The notes below the pieces were generated by a model, which was given only the letters and a program-made list of their open reading frames with translations, searched no databases and had not been told where the DNA came from. The translations under genes and the position numbers were made by a program. From contig CM082590.2 in the NCBI GenBank assembly GCA_040954595.2, positions 11,000,088 to 11,064,087 on the forward strand: 64,000 nucleotides of DNA, in the 5' to 3' direction. The DNA is from Balanoglossus misakiensis (lineage: Eukaryota > Animalia > Hemichordata). Below, in pieces: positions 53,120-64,000 of the stretch (positions within the stretch are counted from its first letter, which is position 1; each line of letters opens with the position of its first letter).

Positions 53120-53565
53120 CACATAAAAGTTACATTCAGATAACTTTTGAATAAAAATTACATCACATTCTGATCAAGAAATAAAAATAACACATAAAAA
53201 TTACATCCAGATAGCTTTTGAACTAAAAATAACATCACACTCTGATCAAGAATTTCTTACAATTATTATAAAAATACACATAAAATTATATCCAGATAGC
53301 TTTTGAACTAAAAATAACATCACACTCTGATCAAGAATTTCTTACAATTATTATAAAAATACACATAAAAATTACATCCAGATAGCTTTGGAACTAAAAA
53401 TAACATCACACTCTGATCAAGAATTTCATACAATTATTATAAAAAATACACATAAAAATTACATCCAGATAGCTTTTGAACTAAAAATTACATCACAGAA
53501 TGTGATGTTATTTTTTACTTCAAAAGCTCTCTGGGTTTAATTTTTGAGGATTTTTATAATAATTG
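53120..53565. repeat. ~86-bp tandem repeat (~4.5 copies) ending in an inverted partial copy
   Basis: acacataaaaattacatccagatagcttttgaactaaaaataacatcacactctgatcaagaatttc at ~53190, 53276, 53361 and 53448; related to 51360-51430. Confidence 0.88.
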
Positions 53566-54149
53566 AATTACAATACAACAGCCTAGGATCTAAATACACT
53601 CACACGATCGGGAAGCATGATGGGAATAGGGTAAATTTGGAAAAAGGACAGATTTTTGCAAACATGACAAGATTGCCTCGTATACATGGGATAGCTTCAT
53701 CATACTCGTAGTGCTAAACATAAAGGATCTATGATATCGATGGGCCTCATTGAATTTTTAGCAGTGGATCTCATCCAGAAATCAATTTTTGTCTTTAAGT
53801 TGACTGACCAGAAACACTATCCATCACTCAAAATATGAGTTTCTAGTTGGTACTTCTCAAATCTAAAGATCACGTATGAACGGTGCATTTAAAAGTGAAT
53901 ACTATCTCGATGTTGTCATTGTTGACATTTTCAATCTGGTTGATGATACTGAGGTCATTTATCCGTGGAGGCCCAAGTTTTTAGGATGGACGAGCCCAGG
54001 ATGAATATCACATTCATTCTACTATTATGACTGGTGAGCGACCCGTTACAGAAGCAATTCTATCTGCATGAAATGTGGGGAGGGGGGATATTTTAAAGAA
54101 AATAGCGAAAACTTACCAGCAACGGTACAACTTTCAGCTCAATCATCTC

Positions 54150-55570
54150 TTTCCAAGAATCACGTAGTCGACGCCCTCAACGTCCGGTGTTAAAGTCTCG
54201 TCGTTTTTATCGAAGTTCGCTGATTCCACAAAAGTTGTGATGACGTCATGCGCAGCAAAGGTCTTCTTTATTCACAAATTCCTCTTGACTTGCGCACAAA
54301 ATCCCACCAGTTGAATCAGCTCGGTTGCCAGGGAAACCTGGTGGCTTCATTTTACGCATCTCCTACAAAAAATACAGAATATCAATTAAACTCTGACCAA
54401 ATTGCAAAAACGTTTGCCAAATTGCCACGCATAGTTTTTGTGACGACATTTGCTCACACGATAGGCAAAAATTTCGACAAACCCTTCGCGAAACCCGTTT
54501 TGAAGTTCAGCAAACAAATATTAACCTAATAGACCATATTTACGTCTGACTACGGACGTCGACGCCACAAAATGACCGTGGTCTGAATGGCGAACGTACG
54601 CGTCGGTGTATTTACGGGGAGCTATTCTACATTATTAGTTAAAAAAATAACTCGGAAATGTTTTTCTGTGCCTGAAACTTACCTTAAAACATGTCATAAT
54701 AACACGCGCACGCTTAAAAAGTTCAAATTTGCTTAGTACGTGCCGACATTTGATGTTTTTCGCGCCGTCGCCCACTCTAATCTGCATGGCGCCAGTAAGC
54801 AAGAGTACAGGCCATAGGCGTCGGGACGAAAGAACGAACTTAGCTAGTTTTACAAAAATTACGAATAAGTTAAAAGAACGTACCTTCTTGTTGTTTAACA
54901 TGGCACCGATACAACGGAAATATAGTAAAAACCCTGTAATATAAAAAGATGTAAAGAATTATTCATTTGCAAACATTTCACGCAAAATTTAAAATCCTAC
55001 AGTGACGTGTGTAAGCGTACACTATAGTTACAAACAGCCAATAGCATTGTCTCACGTTCGTTCGGTAAATTGTTTGCTAAATTGTGAAGAATTTTACTGT
55101 AGACCTAACTTAAAGAAGCTAAGTGAAAGAGAAGATTTAAACTTGACCGCGGAGCCTTTTTTAAGTCTAGACATAACATTTTACCTGCGGTACAGTGTAC
55201 AGACACGTGTACAGCACGTTCCGTTCCTCTCTAAGTAGGCCTACTTCTTTAAACTGGTTAACTTGAAAAAATTAATATAAACTCTTTTTCTAGGTATAAA
55301 ACTAACCTTAAGCTTGTACTCGTCAAACTTCTTTAGTCGCTTGCTCTTCCGAACCAAGAATTTTTTCAGCGAAAACGGCGGCGAGACCCTCTCGGAGACA
55401 CGTGGCAGAAAACGCTTAAAAATGGCCGTGATACAAAGTTGCAGAATTTGCCAATTCTGCAAACGACATGACGTAGTAGCATGCGCACGCATTCCATAAC
55501 CATATTTGTCGAATATTTGTCGTTTAAACCACTACGTCACTTCTTACGCGTACAGGCGTCATCATAGGAC
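54150..55570. promoter_or_regulatory. CpG-enriched promoter-like region
   Basis: Visibly higher CpG density than the flanks; CRE TGACGTCA at 54241; X-box GTTGCCAGGGAAAC at 54324; YY1-like AAAATGGCCG at ~55419; NRF1-like ATGCGCACGCAT at 55481. Confidence 0.55.
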
Positions 55571-56639
55571 CCGGATTACAGAATATTCTTAAGTGTCTTA
55601 ATTCTTAAAACAAATAAGACAAGGTTAACGGTGCACGACGCCGTTCTCTCGGTGATCTAATAAGTTTGTCTCGATCTCCTATTTATAATCTGTCCATAAC
55701 CAGATAAATATCAGTAGAACAGATCACCGGCCCGAACTATTTGGCAAACATTTATCACATCATATTATATGAATGTCTTAAAACTTGTGTAACTAGCTCA
55801 TCTCGAAATTCAGACGACGGGGAATTTTTCGAAGTTTGGTTGAATTTTGTTAAATCATGTTACGCTGAAAGATCCGAATCTTTAGTCTGAGTTTCTTCGG
55901 TGTGTTTGTATATGTTATCACAATATTGTTCTGATTTTAAGGTGAATGCATTAGCAGATATCACGTGGTTGATCATTGGAAATTTCTTCATTCTATTGGG
56001 TGGTCGGTATGGTGTTATAACAGACGGTTGTAACGTAATCTTCAATATGCCCTAAACTAAACTGCGTTTTCAGCATCTAAAATCCCAAAACCATACTGGT
56101 TGCCTAGGCCTAGGGGCAAACTTACGGAGCGGTGTGACAAGGCGTACATATACAATAATCACTCCGAAACCCGCTTTAGTTTTCAGTCTTTCAGAGAGGG
56201 TTCACGTGACGCCAACAGAAAATAAGGACTCCACAATCAAGCAAATGCAAGAAACATATCCAGAAATTACGGTTAAAGGAGGTTCATAGACGAGCTTCCA
56301 GGAAGTTGTAGTTTTCTGACTATTGACGAAGATTTGCCGGAAAGGTAGGCGTGATGTCTGCATTAATAATCCGATCACCTTAACACAGACTGTCAGACAC
56401 CAGAACAAGTAAATGCCGGCCGCAGCCACGAGATTTCTCGACTGATTTTAAATGGGTTAAAGTAATCCTCTTTAATCGGGCTACAGCCAAAGAAACCGAC
56501 CGTATTGTGTTAAAAATATCGGAAACGCCAAAATTGTGATAAAAGGGGAATTATCATCGCTTGACACCATTGTAACTTACTCCATCAGCAAGACTAACGC
56601 TGTTACAGGTACGTAAGTGTTAAGATCATGGTAGCGGAA

Positions 56640-56800
56640 ATGAGCACGAAGTCTCTCTCTCCATCTCTGTCTGTCTCGAGCGCCAACTCTCTTCTTTCCC
56701 CTCTCTCCATCTTCCTAGCCTGTCTCCTTTCCATCTCGCCCTCTCCCTTTCTCTCAGTCCCTCTCTGTCTGTCTCCCTCTCTCTCTCTCCCTCTCTCAAG
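56640..56800. repeat. CT-rich low-complexity tract
   Basis: Degenerate (CT)n just upstream of the subtilase first coding exon. Confidence 0.8.
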
Positions 56801-56852
56801 ATAACACAACCATATAATACCACACTCCTGACTTTAATTGTATTGCTGCAGG

Positions 56853-60170
<3,318 letters not shown>

Positions 60171-60711
60171 AATTTGAAGTCAATATCCACACGACGAGAA
60201 ACAACCAGCCATCTTACATCAACGTTGATTTCTTCATTCAATATTCTGTACTTAGAGCGAAATATTAGTGTTACTAAAAATATGCGAACAGTCATAACCA
60301 CTGGTTCTTTTTCTCAATCTATATTCGATGAATGGAGCCACTATCACCCACAAAGCAGAGACAGTAGAAAAGAAAGCTAGACTTGCATAGCAGAAATTAT
60401 CTTTAATGGCAAAACACTTCACTAGCAAGTAGAAGTGGGAATATTTACAAGACTCCATTTCTGTGTAAGACTGTCCAATTTTGATTGTACACATTATATG
60501 TTGTGTCGATAAGCTCAATGCTGAGCATTTCATCATGTTTTAGGAATTTAAACAAGAAACAGTAGATAGGCAATACAAAAATGCTGAAAACAGTTGAAAA
60601 GTTACAGCTATTCAAATATAGCTTTAATAAAGAATCATCCAGGCTACAAAGCAAGTCGTGAGTGGATGACCGATAATTTCCTTATTCTTGATTGGAACAT
60701 GATCCTTCATT

Positions 60712-63447
60712 TTAATGGCAAATCATATGCATATTTAATTGTTTCTTGTCTGAGAAAGCCTCACCACACTCCTGGCATACGTGTGACAGTTCCTTGTCAT
60801 GTTTCAACAACATGTGAGTTTTCATTTGTCCCTTTTGTCTAAATGCCTTGCCACAAATATCACACAGAAAAGGTTTCTCTCCGGAATGAATCATCATATG
60901 CGTCTTCAAACTGCCTCGATATGCAAATGACTTGTCACAAATTGTGCACGGGTGTGGCTTCTGGCCAACGTTGAAGTAAGTTTTCAAACGAGTCATGAGG
61001 GAAACTTTTAATTTGCTGTCTTTCGTTGCCTCATTTGGTGTGTTTGTGCTTGACGGCAATTCTGTGGTTGGTTCAGGCTGTGTGGTACTTTCAAGTGAAC
61101 TTCCATATTCTGTGAGCTCAATTGGTACTCCATCGGAACTCTGGTAATCTCCAACATGTTTGGTGGAATCAATTGTATGTTGCTGCTCATCAAATAGTGC
61201 TGTTTCATTTAAGTGTACATTGTGGTATAGGGTGAGATTGTCAGTTTCGTCAGAGTTTGAACTATAATGAGCATTGCTGGTTTCATCAACACTTGCACTG
61301 TGTTTGTCAGACATGAGCTCTCTGAATGGAGAATGATTCAAAAGATGCTTCTCCAAATCTTCCCTTTCACTAAACAGCTGGCCACAATAATCACATGTCA
61401 AATGAATTTCCCCGACGTGTTTCTTTTCATGCTTCTGTAAGTGGCTCTTTTGACAAAATCCTTTCCCGCAATCATTGCATACAAATGGCTTTTCATTTGA
61501 ATGGGTTAGGAGATGAGTCTTGAGGCTGCCTAGCTGTGTAAAGCCTTTGCCACAAACATTACAAGTGTGGGGTCTTTCATTGGTGTGAATCCTCTGGTGC
61601 ACTTTGAGATTACACATCTGCAAGAATGTCTTCCCACAGTCCATGCACTGATGCGGTCTTGGTCTTTCCTTCATGTGCGTCTTGAGATGAGCCACGCAAT
61701 TTTTCCGCAATTTATACGTCTTTTCACAGAATCGGCATGCATACGGTCGATCACTTCGATGGGTCTGCATGTGCTTTTTCAGATTATCAGTCCCGGCAAA
61801 GCCCTTTCCGCACACGTTGCATGAATACGGTCGCTCTCCAGAGTGCGTTCTCATATGGACAACCAGATGGAGCCGGCGCTTGAAGGTTTTCCCACATTCC
61901 TCACAACAATGGCGTCTTCCGTTCCCATGGAATTTCAGGTGCATCTCCAGTTCTTCCTTGTCTGCGAATCCTTTCCCGCATTGATTGCATGGTTTCGTCA
62001 TTTCCTTTGTGTGGACCACAAGATGGACCTTCAGCTGCCCTTTGGTCTTGAATGCCTTGCCACATTCCTGGCACGAGAATGGTCTTTCACCCGAATGAGT
62101 CTTCTGATGCGTCTTCAAGGTGCCCGGATTGTCATAAGTTTTACCACACACAGTGCATAGAAAGGGTCTCTTTTCTAATTCCTTTTTCAAATCACTGACC
62201 AGAGAGCCATTCAGCATGCAATCGTCACACATCTGTGGTCTGTCAGGAAGATCACCTTCAACCGAGAGAATTTCCTCGCCCTGATCACGCCTCACGAACA
62301 TTTTCCCACAACCAAGGCACACACACTGCCTTCCTTCGGACTGACTGCATCCCTGCTCCATACCTGTCTCCCCCTGCACAATAATGGAGTCTCCCCATGT
62401 GTCTCCTCTCCCGCGCACGTCAATCATCTGTTGAAGTTTACGGTGACCCCGGCTGCTGATGTCACCGTCCAATGAAATGCAACCAAACTCTGCAAATCTT
62501 CTTATGATTGTTACCACTTCTGTTGACAGAAAACAAACACCAGCATTAATTGCTATGTATCCACATTCTAAATCTAATACCAGGATCACACTCACACAGG
62601 GTAAAATTCAAAACGTTTCAGAGACACTATTTGCCTATGGTAAACACATGTCACCGTGCATCGACACACGTATAATTTATGTATAGGCGCTGAGGCCATA
62701 ACACTAACCATCAGAAGAAATCTTGCCATCTTGAAATCTTTTATTGACTTTCTGTATGGCCATTTCCAAACCCTTGCAAAGCAGACTGAAGTTGTTCTTC
62801 TGTCTCCCCTGTGCATATATCATCCGGCATTCTGAAACAAAACATACAGTTCAGATTTTCTGGTGAATAAACAAAGGACTGAAATGAATCGGCCCAAGTG
62901 TTGTCAGGAAACAGGGAGCATTTTCTACAGAAAAGAAATGGAGCAACGGGGAATTTCTAGTTCCAGTCTTATATCATCTCAATATAAGACTTTACATTCA
63001 GTGGTTTCAGTAGATCAACTGTTGATTGGCACGTTTTTATTACTGATTTCAGCTTTTCGGTGACGGTGTCAATGTGTGTACACGTACACGCAAACTGATT
63101 TTCATGTTACATGTACATTCATTTCATGCAGATATGTACATCATCGTGACAGTGATCGCGTTGTGTCACTGCGATGATCAATACATTTATTATCTAGTCA
63201 CCCCCACAGTTCAAACGATCAAAGCTTACAGTTAAACTGACAATCTGCGCCATATCTCCTGAGGATATACTCATAAAGTCACGAGTTTAAAACGACCGTA
63301 TTGTATTGATATGAACATACGATGTACACATTGCTTACCCTCGGTTGTGGGTGTGAACCCGACGTTAGACTCGTCAAAGCCGTGTTTATTCTCCGATGCA
63401 GGGCGATCGCCGTCGCTGACACCTGCTGGAAGAGTATAAGAATCCAT
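60712..63447 (-). CDS. C2H2 zinc-finger protein, 13 fingers (10 + 3), ~679 aa, 3 coding exons
   Basis: Exons 63447-63339 (MDSYTLPAG...PTTE|gtaagc), 62831-62709 and 62519-60712, joined by phase-1 introns; total 2040 nt. Fingers CxxC..H...H with HSGERPF/HTNERP linkers; an acidic S/T-rich spacer separates fingers 10 and 11. Confidence 0.92.
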
Positions 63448-63449
63448 TC

Positions 63450-63610
63450 CGAGCAGATCTAGGGTACTGATTGATGTATTTAGAATTTAGGAGATGTTAA
63501 AATCACTAGATTCTCGGACGACGAAGATAATGGCTGCTGCCTCTGTGAAAATTGAACTTTGACCTTGTAGCCTTGCCTCATCACTTGACAGAGGGCGCAG
63601 TTCTTAGGCT
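63450..63610. promoter_or_regulatory. Probable promoter/5' UTR of the zinc-finger gene
   Basis: CpG-rich first exon; YY1-like AAGATAATGGCTGC at ~63524; nuclear-receptor DR1-like TGAACTTTGACCT at ~63553. Confidence 0.4.
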
Positions 63611-64000
63611 TGTTATTTTGTCTCTTATAAAGTTACAGAATCGAACATCATTTTAGTTTATATGAACTTCCATTTTTTTAACGAGACAAAAATTGGCCAT
63701 CTTGATATTGTGTCGTCCATATGAGATTTTCATTACCCATCTAGGTGGCAAAAACCCTTTTCAGGTAGCGAGAAATGCACGTCACTATTCAGAACATTCA
63801 AGCCTGCCACCTTCTAGATGTAAAGTGGTACTTTAAGAAGACTTCATGCAGATCTAATGAACGAGTTTACGCTTGATCATGTTCCGTGTGTATATGCGTT
63901 TGATTTCAAGATACGTCAAAAGTAGTCCGCGTGGGTTTAGATAAGACCGAATCACCTTATTTGGTTTTAAAAGCCGAACCCTTGTGGAAAAGTTGAGAAA

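Larger units (their letters stand above)
34910..54340 (-). ncRNA. Putative spliced long non-coding (or pseudogenic) transcription unit whose middle is tandemly amplified
   Basis: Chain of minus-strand exon-like blocks with canonical sites: first exon ending CTG|gtaagt at 54117; 51342-51025 (cag|...TCA|gtgagt); within each array unit a 35-nt exon (e.g. 37879-37845), donors at 37119 and 36865, and exon 36661-36262; then 36122-35956 and 35136-34910. No long ORF. No transcript evidence. Confidence 0.4.

Noticed and set aside
62520-62595. ORF-track start (MSVILV...) of the zinc-finger protein
   Set aside because: A GTG within intron sequence; the acceptor at 62519 is in phase with two upstream exons.

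Overview
Eukaryotic, AT-rich, intron-rich animal genomic DNA; it looks like a marine invertebrate, possibly an invertebrate deuterostome (inference only). No prokaryotic features are present. Three spliced protein-coding genes can be assembled by hand with GT-AG junctions and consistent phase. (1) A ~22 kb minus-strand EMAP/EML-family gene (773-22961, ~1600 aa) with an atypical N-terminal EF-hand-like (C1orf87/DUF5580-like) module, a long disordered linker built from phase-1 symmetric exons, and a cluster of four 12-nt microexons just before the HELP motif. (2) A plus-strand secreted proteinase K-type S8 subtilase (56853-60170). (3) A convergent minus-strand 13-finger C2H2 zinc-finger gene (60712-63447). 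Between the first two lie a 5'-truncated RTE-X-like LINE with an intact 825-aa ORF, a ~15 kb three-level higher-order tandem array (six units made of 177-bp, ~250-bp and 29-bp subrepeats), a nest of MITEs with a ~400-bp palindrome, and a CpG-rich promoter-like region. The array units carry minus-strand splice sites and RFX X-box-like motifs and have a diverged single-copy paralogue next door, which suggests an amplified spliced non-coding transcription unit. All gene models are manual predictions with no transcript evidence.
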